From Hypanus sabinus (lineage: Eukaryota), in the NCBI RefSeq assembly GCF_030144855.1, contig NC_082728.1, positions 32,984,001 through 33,048,000 of the forward strand: 64,000 nucleotides of DNA, in the 5' to 3' direction. Under the pieces are notes generated by a model. The model was not told the DNA's origin and made no database searches. It saw nothing but the letters and a program-made list of their open reading frames with translations. Shown here one piece after another: positions 37,009 through 51,189 of this stretch. The translations under genes and the position numbers were made by a program. Positions within the stretch are counted from its first letter, which is position 1. The number at the start of each line of letters is the position of its first letter.

Positions 37009-37781
37009 TGTTATGCCTGCAGCCCCCTCCTTTGTGAGAATCGCAAGATCACTGTTGGGTTGGGTCAGGGGGCCCAGGAGAATGAGAGAGAGACATGCGG
37101 AATGTCTCGTTCCCCCGGCGATGTAAAGCTACGGGACATGGCCATTGTCTCCGGAAGGTGAATTTTGTGGATTGGAGACTGTACTATGTGGACGCCCTCA
37201 GGCAAAGTGGGCTGGTTGAGGGAGAGATTGCATCACCCCCAACCTGATTGATATCTACGACCCTGCGAGTCAGGATTAAAGAGGGTCTGGGGGAACAGCC
37301 CCTTCGACACACCAGAAGAAACGCTAACACTCCTGTGATAACGGGAAGCCATTTGAAGGAGGCCACATGCGTACAGATCCGTTGCCTGGGACTGGTGGCT
37401 TGTAACACGGAAAACGGCTTTTAGCTAACAACTGGGAAACCAACTCCCCGACTCAAAGGATTGGCATCCTAAAAACCTGGGCAAGTTAAATTGTCTCTCT
37501 CTTAAACCCAAAACGCTGCAGCTTGAACGAACTAACAGTGACTTTTATATTTCCATCGGACAAAACATTAACCCCTAGACAACCATAGAGCTATTTCTTA
37601 TTGGTTATTATTATACCCGCGCTTTAGATTTCGTATTGACGATGCACATTATCTGTATGTTTGCATTAATCTTATTTTTGTGCCCCTTTATCAATAAATA
37701 CTGTTAAAAATAGTGCCATCAGACTTCAACGGACCTCTCTATCTTTGCTGGTAAGAGACCCAGTTATGGGGCTTCGTAAAA
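37009..37781 (+). mobile_element. Probable solo LTR in the Nimb LINE
   Basis: tgttatg start, aataaa near end, ..cttcgtaaaa end; LINE coding resumes afterwards. Confidence 0.6.
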
Positions 37782-37984
37782 AAAACAAATGTGGGGGTGC
37801 GGGGATTCATAGGTCTAATAACATTCCAGTATTGATTAAAGAAGGTAATATGGTTATTACTGAGACAGAGAAGGTTGAGTTACTGGCTTGGTCATTTATT
37901 GTAATTCATAATCAAAATAATTTGAATGAAGAGGCTAAACAATGTAGGAATAAGGCTCTAAGTGAATACCCTGATGTGTTTTAG

Positions 37985-39370
37985 ACCAGTGAGTCTTACT
38001 TCAGTGGTGGGCAAGTTGTTTGAGAAGATCCTGAGAGGCAGGATTTAAAAGCATTTGGAGAGACACTCTGACTAGGGATAAGCGGCATGGCTTTGTCAAG
38101 GGCAGGTCATGCCTCAGGAACCTGATTGAATTCTTTGAGGATGTAATAAAACACATTGATGAAGGTAGAGCAGTGGATGTAGTGAATATGGATTTCAATA
38201 AGGCATTTAATAATGTTCCCCATGTGATGCTCATTCAGAAAGTAATGAGGCATGGGATACAAGGAGACATTGCTTTCTGGATCCAGAGCTGGCTTGACCA
38301 CAGAAGGCAAAGGGTGGTCGTGGATGGTTCATGTTCTGCATGGAGGACGGTGACCAGTAGTGTTCTGCAGAGATCTGTTCTGGATTGACTCCTTTGATTT
38401 TTGTTTTATAAAAGATCTGGCTGAGGAAGTAGAAGGGTGGGTTAGTATGTTTCCTGATGATGCCAAAGTTGGAGGTGTTGTGAATAGTCTGGAGGGTTGT
38501 CAGAGATTACAGTTGGACATCGATAGGATGTAGAAATGGGCTGAGAAGTGGCAGATAGAGTTCAACCCAAATAAGTGTGAAGTGGTTCATTTTGTTAGGT
38601 CAAATTTGAGGACAGAATATAGTATTAATGGTAAGACTCTTGGCAGTGTGGAGGATCTGGGGGATTTTGAGCTCCATGTCTGTAGGACACTCAAAGCTGC
38701 TGCACAGTGCACAGATTGACAGTGTTGTTAAGAAGGCATATGGTGTGTTGGCTTTCATCAACCATCAGATTAAGTTCAAGAGCTGGGAGGTAACGTTACA
38801 ACTATGTAAGACCTTAGTTACTCCCCACTTGGGTTCTGTGTTCAGTTCTGGTCACCTCAGTACAGGAAGTATGTGGATACTATAGAGAGAGTGCAGAGGA
38901 GATTTACAAGGACGTTGCCTGGATTGGAGAGTATACCTTATGAAGATAGGTTGAGTGAACTTGGCCTTTTCTCCTTGGAGCAATGGAGGATGAGAGGTGA
39001 CCTGCTTGAGGTGTATAAGATGATGAGAGGCATTGATAGTGTGGAAAGCCAGAGGATTCTTCCCAGGGTCAAAATGGCTAACTAAAAGGGACGTAGTTTT
39101 AAGATGCTTGGGAGTTGGAACAAGGGAGATGTCAGAGGTAAGTTTTTCACACGTGGTGGGTGCATGGGATGCACTGCCGGCGATGATGGTAGAGGCAGAT
39201 ACAACAGGGTCTTTTAAGAGACCCAGGGACAGGTACATGGAACTTAGAAAAATAGAGGGCTATGTGGTAGGGAAATTCTGGGCCGCTTTTAGACTAGGTT
39301 ACATTGTCGGCACAACACTGTGGGCCAAAGGGCCTGTAATGTGCTATAGGTTTTCAATGTTCTATGTCTG
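37985..39370 (+). mobile_element. CR1 LINE RT and 3' end
   Basis: NLIEFFEDV, MDFNKAFNNVPH, ERVQRRFTRTLPGL, RMRGDLLEVYKMM. Confidence 0.9.
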
Positions 39371-41280
39371 TGTTGCAAGTTTGCTATAGCAATGATAGTA
39401 TTAGTGATGTAGAGTTTTCTTCATGTGGATTTATGAAAACTATTAATAGTACAGATCAGACAGCTCCAGGAAAGGATGTTATATTATGTTTTAAACATAT
39501 GGCTCACAACTCTTTTAAGATAATATTAATATTTATGAATTTTGGAATTTAGGCCAGCTTCCCTCCTTATGGAATGTTTCAGTAGTAGTGCCTATTCTGA
39601 AACTTGGAAATCCATACTATATGTTATGTAGGGAGGAAATTAGGAGTGGGAGGACGGCTATATAAATTTTTTTTCTGAGTTCCTAGTTTGGACGGTCAAT
39701 GCAGGTAAGGGTAGGTATGTATACTCAGGCTTCTATGAGCTAAAGAATGGGAATCCACAAGGCAGTATTTGCAGCTCTTTATTGTTTAATAGTAGGATTG
39801 ATATTATTTTCTCCGAGATGGGCACTGGGGTGGGTGAATTCCTCTTTGCAGATGATGGAGCTTTATGGATCAGAGGAAATAAATGCAATTATCAATTAAT
39901 AAGGCTGAACAATGGGCAATAAGCTTTCAGTAGCTAAAACACAAGTTATATGATCTACAAAGAAGATCAATAGATCTGCACTCAATTTGATACTGTATAG
40001 TCAAACTTTTGAAGAAGTCAGTGGCAAGATTTCTTGGCATGTGGTGGGACAATATGCTGACATGGAAGCACCATATCAGTAAGATAATTGACAAATGTAA
40101 AGAGGCATTAAATATCCCTGGGTGTCTGTGTGGGTCAGAATCCAGATCTCAATCCAATTGAAAATTTGTGGCTGGACTTGAAAAGGGCTGTTCATTCACG
40201 ATCCCCATGTAATCTGACCTAGCTTGAATAGTTTTGAAAAAAAGAATGGGGAGAAGTTGCAGTTCGCAGATGTGCAAAGGTGTTAGAGATCTATCCACAC
40301 AGACTGAAACAAGGCTGTAATTGCTGCCAAAGTTGCACTTACTCAATACCGTCTTGAAGGAAGTTGAATACTTATGCAACCAATTATTTTGTGTTTATTT
40401 GTAATTAATTTAGATCACTTTGTCGAAATCTGTTTGACACAAAAGAGTTTTTTTTCTGTTAATCAGTATCAAAAAAAGACAACTTAAACTCACTGTGATA
40501 CAATGTTGTAAAACAATAAAACATAAAAATGTCCAGTGGGCGGGTGGTGTATAGTTTTTATCACCACTGTACATAGAAATGAAAGGTGCATTTTTGATAA
40601 AGTATCATACTACACATATCAATAGAGCAGTTTCCAAAGAAAATCTCTTAAATGGCCTTCTGCTTTGAGCTGACAGCCTGAGATTGCTGCAGCAATATCA
40701 ATGGAAGGGACGGTCAAGTTAGTTTACAGAACAAATACTTTAAATGGCCTGTCATTGTTTATAAATATTTTGTAATCTGGAAATGTTTTTAGAAATCAGA
40801 GATCCTCTGTGTTTTAAAGGTGTTGATAACACATATCTAATTTTAAATGTATATCATTATAAATAAAATAAACAGTTTTAAACTCTATTGTCAGCAGGAA
40901 GTAACACTTCCTTCTTTAAGTGTCCTTGTGGTGTGAGCTCTAAGCCTGCAATTGCCCTTAGTAAACTAGTTCCATTCGCTGTATACATTGTGTGTTTATT
41001 TTTTACTTGCACATAAATTCCCTAAGAGTGAATTTTTATTCCACATTCCGCATCGCAGAATTTTTGATGATGATTTGTAAAATTTGTAAGGATGAACTTT
41101 CATTACCCCAACTGCTAAAATGCTGGGTACACGGTTCTTTTATAGACCAGAAATGTGAGCAATTAATTTCCCCCTCAGACACAAACTTGTAAGCTTTTTG
41201 ATTTGGCCTCAATTACGGCATTATAAAAAGAAAGTTAAGATCCTCTAAAAATCAAATGCTAAGTTGTTTTTCACTTAAAA

Positions 41281-44200
41281 CAATGTTTCCCAAACTGTTT
41301 TGGTTTTCCAACCCCTTGGTTCCCACACCACAGTGCCCCCTTCTCCTTTTCCTGACATTACTTAAAATCTATAAAGCATTTTGATTTATGATGCACAGCT
41401 AAAGAACTTAGGAACTGCAAATTCAAAGTAGTGACAAATCATTGGGAAAATATTTAAATCTATTTGAAGCTGCAAACAAAATTATTTCTTTACTTAGTTA
41501 TAGAGAAAACATTTTTCATCAACAATTTTGGAGTGTACACTAATAGTTCAAATATTCATTGCTCTTTCACCATTCAATGGGATGGATAAGCTTTGTGCAG
41601 TGATATCAGCTTTACAGGCTAAATGTCACTCAGCAGGAATCTCAGATCCCATGTTCAGTAACTTGGAGTCTGTTACATTACTTTGAAAGAATTTGGGTGA
41701 CTGCACTGAAACCATACTCCACAAAATATGATGTTGGAAAGGCATTAAAGAACAACTTGTCCTTTTTCCACAGTGCAGGATAAGATAGGGAAATTTCTTT
41801 CTGGAATCAAAAATCTTTATGATTTCTTTTTGAAACTTGGCTTCAGCTCAGTCATTTTGGAGTCAGATCAGTTCTTCCTCCATTCTTCCTGTTGATTTCA
41901 CATTAAAGTGTCCAGGAATGAATTTATTAACCAATCTGGAAATTGGATCGAGAGAAGATGTTAAAATTTCTGAGGCATGTCTTTATGTAGCTCATCCAAG
42001 AGGGTACAGTTTACTTGAAGGTCATCATCTGGTATTTTTTCTCACCCCTTGTTTTCGGCGGTGGAAAAAAGAGGTGCTTAATGTGTTTTTAACAGAAAAG
42101 CTAGCTGATAATTAGATATTGGTGAAATTGTAGGTTTAACATGGTGGGTCCAAAAGCCACTTTGTGGTATAGCTTACCAGCAGAAATAGCAAATTGATCA
42201 GGAACTCAAGTCCACGGAAGGTCCAAGCACACGTTAGGCATTTGGCATTATCTGGTACATAAGGAGCAAAGTAGGAATAATAGTATGAACATTTGTTTCC
42301 TTTTAAGAATTTACATAAACGCAATCACTTAATCTTCGCTGGTTCTCTCCCCCCCCCCCCCCCCCCCGAAAGATTACGAATGCAGCCTCTGCAATGTCAG
42401 TCTTGCTTTATGTTCAGATTCATGGAAACCTGCTCCCCCGGAGCATACACGTGCAAGAAATTTCAGCTAATCCAACACTTTGGGATAAAGTTAGCTGAAC
42501 TTGAGGAAAAGGTAGCTGACCTGCGATGTTGTACAGAATTGGCATTGTGCTCCAGCTGTCCTTCAGGAAGATGGTGTGCACCTCAAGATAGCCGCAGGTT
42601 GAGACTCCAGACCAGAAAGAAAAAGGCAGCGTTAGAAGCGTCCAACCATTTTGAACAATTAGCAATGCTCAATGACTACCATGAGGTGGTAGGAGGACAG
42701 AAGAGCCCCACAGGTCCTCCAATGCTAAACCTAAGCCCTGGAGAAAGGAAGTAGTTGTAGTAGGGAACTCAATTTAACGGGGGTGGCTGTTGAGAATCAG
42801 GTGTGTACTGACAAGGAGTCTTGTACAGTCTGTTCCCTACTAGGAACACAACTGGGAGACCTCCCTGGATGAGCAGATAGATTCTGGCCAGAGCTGGGCT
42901 GGATCCAGCAGTAATTGCCCACATTGCAATAAATAGCTTACTGTAGGTAAGGGCAGGCTGACAGTTCTGGAAGACAAATCTAAAGAGTTAGGTCGGAATG
43001 TTAGGGGCAGAACTGATTTGGTGGTCCTTTCAGAAATTCTGCCTGTGCCACGTGTCAGTCCAGGTAAGATGGAGGAGTTTATAGAATTTAATGTGTGACT
43101 TAAATCGTGGTGTGGGTTGGAGGGAATATGGTTGTGGGACATTGGGGTGCCATTTGGGGCAGATAGAACCTAAACCACTGTGATGGGTTGCATATGAACC
43201 GGAGGGGCACTAATGTACTGGGCAGGTGAATGCTTGAGTTAGCTGAGGACTGTTTAAACTAGGGAATGGGGAGCAGGGAACTTGGAACAGGCCAGGCTCA
43301 ACTGTTTAAACATCTTAGTGGATAATAACATATTAGGGCATAAACCAATTATAGGTTTCAAAAATATGAAAATGGGTCGGAATAGGATAAAAACAAAATC
43401 AATAATAGACCAAGGATGGCCTGTACAAATGCAAGAAATATTAAGAATAAAATAAGTGAGCTGGAATTGTGTGCAAGAGCCATTAAGTATGATATAATAG
43501 CAATAACTGAAACCTGGCTGACTTCAAAAAGATGGTGATGAATATAATATTAAAGAATATACTTAGGAAAGATAGGCAAGATCATAAAGGTGGAGAAGAA
43601 GCTATTTACATGGAACAGAAGTTAAACATGAGGCTGCTTATGATAAGAAATGAATCGAGACTTAGTGAAGGTATCTGGGTGAGAATTGAAAGCTGCAAGG
43701 ATACAAGAATAACATTGGGTCTATGGTTATGTATAGACCCCCTAATGCCGATAGTGATTTTAATAAAAAAAACTATCAGAATATTAAAAAAGAAAGTTCT
43801 GAGGGTGATGGTATAGTTATAGGTATAGACTTTAATTTGCCAAATATTGAATGGGAGAACCCAGTGTCAAATGTATTACAGAAAAGTGAATTCATTGAGT
43901 TATTCAATGATTTTTTTTAACCCAGTGTGTTAATGCTCCAGCAAGAGGAGAGATCTGCCTCGATTTGATATTCTGTAACAATCAGGATAGGATTTTGATT
44001 ACTAAGTTGATTTTTTAGGAACGACAGGTCATAACATTGTAGGTCTCAAAGTTTTTTGGGAGAGTATATCAGTACAAACCAAAGCCATTAAATTGAATTT
44101 CAGAAAGGCAAAGTTTATGCAGATGCACCAAAGACTTCAGACAGTAAACTGGAAGGAAATGCTTGACATTGAGTCAGTCGAGGAACAACACAATCGATTT

Positions 44201-47200
44201 TAGAGGTAATACACTCAGTGCAGGAAGTGTTCACAACCAAGGTTGGGAGAAACAATATAAACAATAGGTCAACGTCAAGGATGAATAAGGATATACATAA
44301 AATATTGAAGAAAGGACAGCTATATAAGGAATACCGAAAAATAGTTATGATGTTAACCAGAGGGCATATGAAAATATGAAAGCTATAGTCAAGAGGGAAA
44401 ATTGAATTACCAGAGGGCAGGTTGCAAAGTATATTGCTGATAATGCTAAGATTGATCCTAAGAGGTTTTTTCAATACTTGAGTAGTAAAAGGAATGTCAA
44501 GCATGAAATTAAGTGTATTAGGAATAATAAAGGTGTGTTAAGTTATGGAGGGAAGGATATAATGTATACTCTTAACTCATATTTTGCTGAAGTATTCACC
44601 TGTGAAGATGTTAGCAATATGCCAGTAAGTGCAGAGAAAAATAAGATTATTTTAAGTGACTTTGAGATCGTAGAAAGTGAAGCCCTGCTTCAGCTGAAAA
44701 GACTCGGTTGCTAAATCTCCAGGGCCAGACAACACATATCCCTGGGAATTTAAAGAGGTTGGTGATGAAATGTGCAAACATGTATTTTACAAAAGTTATT
44801 AAAGACTGGTGAAATTCCCATGGACTGGAATGGGCTAATGTTGTTCCAGTATATAAGATGGGTGACCACACTGACACTGGTCACTATAGTCCAGCAAGCT
44901 TGATGTTTATAGCAGGCAAGATAATGGAAACAATAATAACAAATGAGATGGAAAAGTAGCTGATTAGAACAGGTGTTCTATAGACCAGAATGCCAGCATG
45001 GGTTCAGAAAGGGAAACCATGTTTTACTAATATGCTGGAGTTCTATGAAGAGGCAACTAAAGTTTATGATAATAACAGAGAGGTTGATATCATTTGCATG
45101 GACTTTCAGAAGCCTTGACATGAGAGGTTAATAATCAAGTTTAAGAAGGTAGGGATTCAGAGTAAGGTGTTTGAATGGATGAGAATTGGCCGATGATACA
45201 AAATTAGCTGGGTGGGCTGTTAACATTCAGGCAACAGAATCAATACAGTTAGAGCTAAACAAAATCTAGATGTGGGCAGATGAGTGGCAGATGAATTTTA
45301 ATGTAAGTAAATGTAAAATATTACATAAGGGAGGTGGAAATATTAGATACAAGTATACAATGGGGGGATCTTGAGCTGGAAGGTACATGGTATGAGAAGG
45401 ATTTAGGTGCATTGGTAGACTCATCACTATCAACATCTAGACAATGAACAGAAGAGATTAGGAAGGTTACTAGAGCGTTGGTCTATATAATATGCTCAGT
45501 GGAGTTCAAGTCAAGATACATTCTCCTTAAGCTGTTTAATGCTCCTGTGAGGTCACACCTTGAATTCTGTGTACAATTTTGCTCTCCATTTTGTGTGAGG
45601 AATGTGAAGTCACTGAAGAGAGTTCAGAGAAGGGTGACTAGATTCATTCTAGGTCTGCAGGGTTTGAGCTCTGAAGAAAGATTGAAAGAATTAAATCTTT
45701 TTAGCCTAAGTAAATGTAGAATGAAAGGAGACATGATGTAGGTGTTCAAAATCATTAAGGGTTATTATTAAAATCAATAAAGTGGGTGCCAGCTATTAAT
45801 TCAAAATTAATCCATCATCAAGGACACGAGGCCATAAGTGTTGACTGGTTAAAGGGAGATTTCAGACTAACATCAGGAAGCATTTCTTTACACAGCAAGT
45901 GGATACATGGAACAAACTACCTAGTTGTGGAATTGAGAGTGGCACCTTAGAGACTTCTAAATCTAAGCTCGGTAGTTACTTCAACACACTATGAATAGGA
46001 ATTTATCAAGCATAATTGAACCGAATGGCCTGTTGTCAAAATTTTTTAAATGCTCTCATGCCCAACTGAGGGAGGCTTGGAAATTGGAAAAGGTTGCAAT
46101 GACCAATGTTGTACTTCAATAGAGATAACAGGGACAAAAATGTGGAGACCACTGATTTGACTTTGATAAGATTCATATTATTTCATTGCAATTGAAGATT
46201 TATTTCATAAAACTTTGCAAATAATTTTGTCAAATAAGCAATGTCATGCCTAATATTCTTATGTTTTTCACTGAATGAAGCATTCGAGTGTTCAAAGAGT
46301 TTTATCACAATTTCAAAAAGCCCATAAAAGTGTCTCTGGCAGGTTCCTTTTGAGAGCCACCTGACTTCTGTGTGCAACAGCAGGCATTCAAACTGTTCAT
46401 TATTCTTAATACAAAGCTCTCTAAATTTCTAGAACTAAAATATGGGACATTATTTTATTTACTGCCAAAATAACAGTATTTAATGATTTCTCTGGCTAGT
46501 CACTTAGATATTTTGTTACAAGATCTTGTCTATAAATTACACAGTGAATGGTAAATACGTTAGGTAAATATTCCTCAAGAAAGTAATAATTCCATGGTGT
46601 TGTCCTGTCAGTGATGCTTCCCCATCCGTTGCACAAGCAAGAATGTTGGTGAGCAGAATGTCCTTCTCTTTGAAAAGTGTTCAACACCCTGAAATATTGA
46701 CTCCTTCCTTTCTGTTTCTTATCCCCTTATAAATAACAACTCATGAACCAAGCTTTCACCTTCTTTGACACAAACAAAACCAAGAAGCAACGATTCATTG
46801 CCTGGTGAAGTTTACTCATCCAACTGCAGAGCAAATTCTAATACCATAAGCATATTGCCTAATATGTCTTCCACTTTCTCAGCCATTTCATGTATTTGTC
46901 TTTGAACAGTGTTGGCAAGTGGAATCGCTTTAATTATTTGATGCGGTGACTTATGTGAAACCACACTCAGAACTTCCCTTACTTCTGGCAAAATCAGTTA
47001 TTCTTCAATTATATGGGGGGGTGGGGTTCCAGAATATTATATGAAGTATGCAAACCATTGTTGTTTTGTTAAGAGCTGGCAAGCATGTTTTGAAGATGTT
47101 TCCATTTCTGAAAGTTTCCACAAAGTGACTGAAAATAAGGCAAGTTCTTGCTTGCTTTGTCAACCTTAAATTTCAGGGCAATATTTACTCATGTTTCAAC

Positions 47201-47300
47201 TTACAAGTTCACTCAGCTGTTGTTCTTTCAAAAGCACAACATGATTGAAAATGCATTGATAGGATCCAAGCAAGGCTGAGTTTATTCTTGCTTCTGATTG
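41281..47300 (-). mobile_element. hAT (Buster/SCAND3-like) transposon, interrupted by CR1
   Basis: TIR-like caatgtttcccaaact at 41281; HTEVRWLSKG, IHCVIYRQDL, FPDWLINSF..EEELI; right boundary approximate. Confidence 0.75.
42300..46060 (+). mobile_element. Near full-length degenerate CR1 LINE (ORF1 + ORF2)
   Basis: ORF1 CQSC finger and SGNH-like GNS..DGLH; ORF2 AITETWL, DFNLP, QHGFRKGK, MDFQK, ERVQRR. Confidence 0.85.
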
Positions 47301-48549
47301 TTCATGAAGAGCTGCTGCTGAGCTATTGTTTCCGAATTGCCAAGACCGTGCAGTAAAACTGTTGTCATAAAGCTGCTGAGTGAGAAATTGTGTATCCAGC
47401 AATGAGGAAGGCATAGCGATGCATTTTCAATTCAAGATAGAATGTGATTTGGAAGGGAAATTGAAAGGACGGCAGGTTACCATGTCACTTGCCACCCTCA
47501 TCCATCTAAGTCACGCTTATTGCACCCTTGGGAGCTGCCTTGAGGTAGCACAGAAACCTTTTTGTAATTCAGCAAAAGTAACAGAATTTTAAGACAATGG
47601 ATCCAGAATGGAACTGAGATCCATTGTGTTATAAATCTGCTTTGTTTCCTGAATTTCAGCAGTTTGATGTGTTGAAAGTATTGGATAATTCCCTGTGAAT
47701 ACCAGAGGCTCACTCCTATTTTTAAAAAGGTTCCAGTTTTTGCAGTTTGAGGGAGCTTGGTATGTCACCAAAGATGCCTTCTTGTCAAGGAGGAGGTACT
47801 CAAGCCCTAAAGGCACATACTAAATATTTCAAGAACAAGTTCTTTCTCTCTGCCCTCACTTTTTAATTTGTTTGCTCTCTTTTAGCACTATAATTTTATA
47901 ATACATATCCTTTAATGTGATTTATAGTTTTTCTTTTATTATTATTAAACATTGTAATGTACTGCTGCCAGAAACCAACAATATTAAATCTGATTCTCAC
48001 TTAAAGCAAACTTTACTTTGCCACCTTATTTTCATTAAACCATTCAATAATTGTTTGAATTTTAAATAATAACTTTGTAAGATTTAACCTCAAATGACAA
48101 ATCTCTTTACATAGACACACATAGTCCTTATAGAAGCTCATATCCATTGGCCTAAGTGTACAGTTGTTAAATATAGCTCTGAATTTGAACCCCATTTCCA
48201 TTTATTTTTCCTAATCAGACATAATAACCATATGAACACCTTACTCTGTTTGCTTCTGTGGCATAAATGTGTGTTCCAGGTTTCATGAGGGTATTAGGAT
48301 ATCAGCCTGTCAATCAGAAACCTGGCCTTCAAAGGGAAGGCCAATGTGGTTCTTTGGCCTTCAGTTGGCAGAATTGTGCCTATGATGTTAGCATTGATTT
48401 GGTTAAGTAACTTTGAGAGAAGGGCAGGAGACTAGCGGGCCTACTCTTCTTGGAAGTTTCATACCCACAGGAGAGAGCAAATGGGGCTTCAGTTAGTCAA
48501 CATAGCTGAAAGAAAGTACTTCAATTGTGTGTGTGTGGTTCGGAACTGT

Positions 48550-48950
48550 AGAGTCATAGAATCATACAGCTCTAAAATGGACTTTGTCCACCATGACTGT
48601 GGTGCCCATCAAAGCTAATCCTTTCTTGCCTGCATTAGACCCTTCTCCCTCAATGCCTTTACAATCCAAATACCCTTCTAAAGCCCTTTTAAACATTGTA
48701 TATTCCTCTGCCACTTCCTCCAGCAGATCAGTCCAGATAATCACCACACTCTGTGTGAAAGGTTACCCTTTCAAACTCATTTAAATTTCATCCGCTCTCA
48801 CCGAAAATATGTCCTCTAGTTCTCGAATCTCCTGCCTTGAGAAAAGGAAGAGACTTGACATTTCATCCCTGTTAATTTTGTAAATCGCCGTCCAGTCTCA
48901 TCATTGCTCTGCAACACTCTATTGCAAGCAACATCAAGGTGACTTTCTTC
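48550..48950 (-). mobile_element. CR1 3' fragment
   Basis: tagagtcatagaatcatac tail; FKRALEGYLDCKG. Confidence 0.7.
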
Positions 48951-49399
48951 TGCACTCTTTACAGCACACATCCTTCCTGTGCTCAAATGTGAGAGGAATT
49001 CTAATCTTCTTTCTACATAATTAATCTAAGTCAGTAATCTGAATGTGCTGTATCTGCAGAGTCTGTGTGTTTAACCCCGCAAATGGTATAATGATTAGAC
49101 CACTTTCCCAATGCTGGACCTGGAACTATGCCTACCTTTTCATCAGCTGCTTGCAACAGTCTATACTCCAAGCCTACACTGGTATTGCTTCCCAACACTT
49201 TCTGCACCACATTAACAACTTGGAGCTGCGTCATCAATTTCTTCAACTTTATCCCCAGCTTCAACTCTGCTCTTTAATTTACTTGGTGCATTACTGACGG
49301 CTGTCTCTCCTTTCTCAATCTCTCTGGAAGCACATTATCTGTTAATGTAACTTATAAAGCTATTGAGTCTCACAGCTATCTTGTGTATCCCTTTTTTCA

Positions 49400-50790
49400 A
49401 CCAGTCACTTGTAAAAATACTATTCCCTTTTCCAAATACCCTTAACCCTGCTCCCTCTTCTCAGGATAAGGCTTTCCATTTCAGAACATCTGAGATGTCC
49501 TCCTCTTTCAAAGAATGGGGTTTCATTTCCTCAACAATTGATGCTGCCTTTATCCGTATCTCCTCTATTTCCTGGACATACGCTCTCGCCTAATCCTTAC
49601 CTATAATCCCATGAGTCTCTGCATCCAGAACATCATTCTCTTTAACATCTGCCATCTTCACTAAGCATGTCTTTCTCTACCTGCCCCCATTCTGTTTTTG
49701 GTAGGGTGCAGATTTGGCTCACTAGGTGACTCCATTGTCCACTCATCCTTCTCCAGGCACTTATCCCTGCAAGTGGCAGAAGTTCTACACCTGCCCCTTC
49801 ACTTCCTCCGTCACCAACATTCAGGGCCCCAAACAGTCCGTCCAGGTGAGACAACACTTCATCATAATTGTCTGGATTCATCTGCTGTATCTGGTGTTCC
49901 TGGTGCCGCCTCTTCTACATCTATGAGGCCTGTGTAGATTGGTGCTCTGTTTAATTGAATACCCTTGCTTCACCCACCACAACAGGTGGGATTTCCCATT
50001 GGCCATATATCTAAATTCTACTTCCTATTCCCATTCCAACATATCAGTCCATGACCTCCTCTACATTGACAATGAGGCCACAGTCAGGTTGGAAGAGCAG
50101 CTCCTCATATTCCATCTGGGTAGCCTCCAACCTGATGATGAGAACACCATTTCTCTAACCTGCTAATTTCTTCCCCCTCCTCCTTCTCTCTTATTCTATT
50201 CCCATTCTGGCTCTCTCTTACCCCTTCTTTTCTCATCCCTTGCTTAACACCCCTCTCTTGTGCCCCTGCTTCTTCCCTTTCTCCCTTGGATCTCTCCTAT
50301 GAAATTCCTTCTTTTTCAGCCCTTTACTTTTTCTCCCTATCACCTGCCAGCTTCACATCTCATTCCCCTCACCTGGCTTCACCTATCACCTGTCAGCTTC
50401 ACACTTTAGTCCCCCTCACCTGGCTTCACCTATCACCTGGCAGCTTCACACTTTAGTCCCCCTCACCTGGCTTCACCTATCACCTGCCAGCTTCACACTT
50501 TAGTCCCCCTCACCTGGCTTCACCTATCACCTGGCAGCTTCACACCTCATTCCCCCTCATCTTTCTTCACCTATCACCTGGCAGCTTCACACCTCATCCC
50601 CCCCTCACCTGGCTTCACCTATCACCTGCCAGCTTCTGCTCCCTCTCCTCCACCTAATTCTGACCTCTTACCCTTTTCTTTCCAGTCCTGATAAAGAGTC
50701 TCAGTCCACAATTATGATGTTTATTCCCCTCCATTGATGCTGCCTGACCTATGGAGATCCTCTGGTAATTTTTGTGTTTTGCTCATAGAC
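49400..50790 (+). mobile_element. Penelope-like element 3' part (GIY-YIG remnant)
   Basis: QGPKQSVQVRQHF, EEQLLIFHLGSLQPD; pyrimidine-rich tail; terminal unit related to 23281. Confidence 0.8.
50338..50637. repeat. Minisatellite, ~47-bp unit x ~6.4
   Basis: tatcacctg(c/g/t)cagcttcacactttagtccccctcacctggcttcacc repeated. Confidence 0.9.
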
Positions 50791-51189
50791 TGGTCTGTAT
50801 CTTTGACTCGCAAGAAATAGTTTGGAAAAGGAGCCGTATTCACCACCAGGACAATATTGTATGTTTTGTGTTGTCTGTAATGGTGAACTTCTAACTCTGA
50901 ACCATGAATTAACAGCATTTGTGAATTTAATTCAGCACTTACTTTTAATTTCAGCAAAGGGATATTTCCTCATATTGACTGCAGTTCATCTAGTCCTGCA
51001 CACTAGGTGGAGTGAGAGACCAGTGCAGCCAAATAAACCAGTGGTGCAATGAACCCATGTCACAGCCAACCAACAAATTTCCCCCTGGCAGTGAGCAGAT
51101 TTACAGATTACAGATGAAGTCAGTATCTTAAAGGACTGAACTGCAGTCCAATCTGTGCACAATGCATGAATGGTGAGTAGCCAGAGAGT

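Larger units (their letters stand above)
30430..40140 (+). mobile_element. Nimb/I-clade-like LINE, fragmented
   Basis: ORF1 knuckle CSKSQRFGHVAAVC (31149-31190); endonuclease ILQWNA..PDIICIQKTWL, LNDG..DLTL..GSDYFP; RT FADDG near 39845. Confidence 0.75.
29021..40569 (+). mobile_element. Tc1 transposon split by nested insertions
   Basis: TA|caatgcc left TIR and cactg|TA right TIR sharing ttttattgttttacaacattg; internal piece 30267-30420; PDLNPIENLW at ~40140. Confidence 0.85.

Noticed and set aside
42348-42367. Poly-C run (and poly-G at ~61922-61939) as G-quadruplex elements
   Set aside because: Simple homopolymers inside repeats; lengths unreliable in assemblies
47400-47830. Short ORFs as a possible host exon
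   Set aside because: No recognisable motif or consistent splice signals
50338-50637. 47-bp repeats superficially like a CRISPR array
   Set aside because: Head-to-tail units with no unique spacers, no cas genes, inside a Penelope-like tail in a eukaryotic genome
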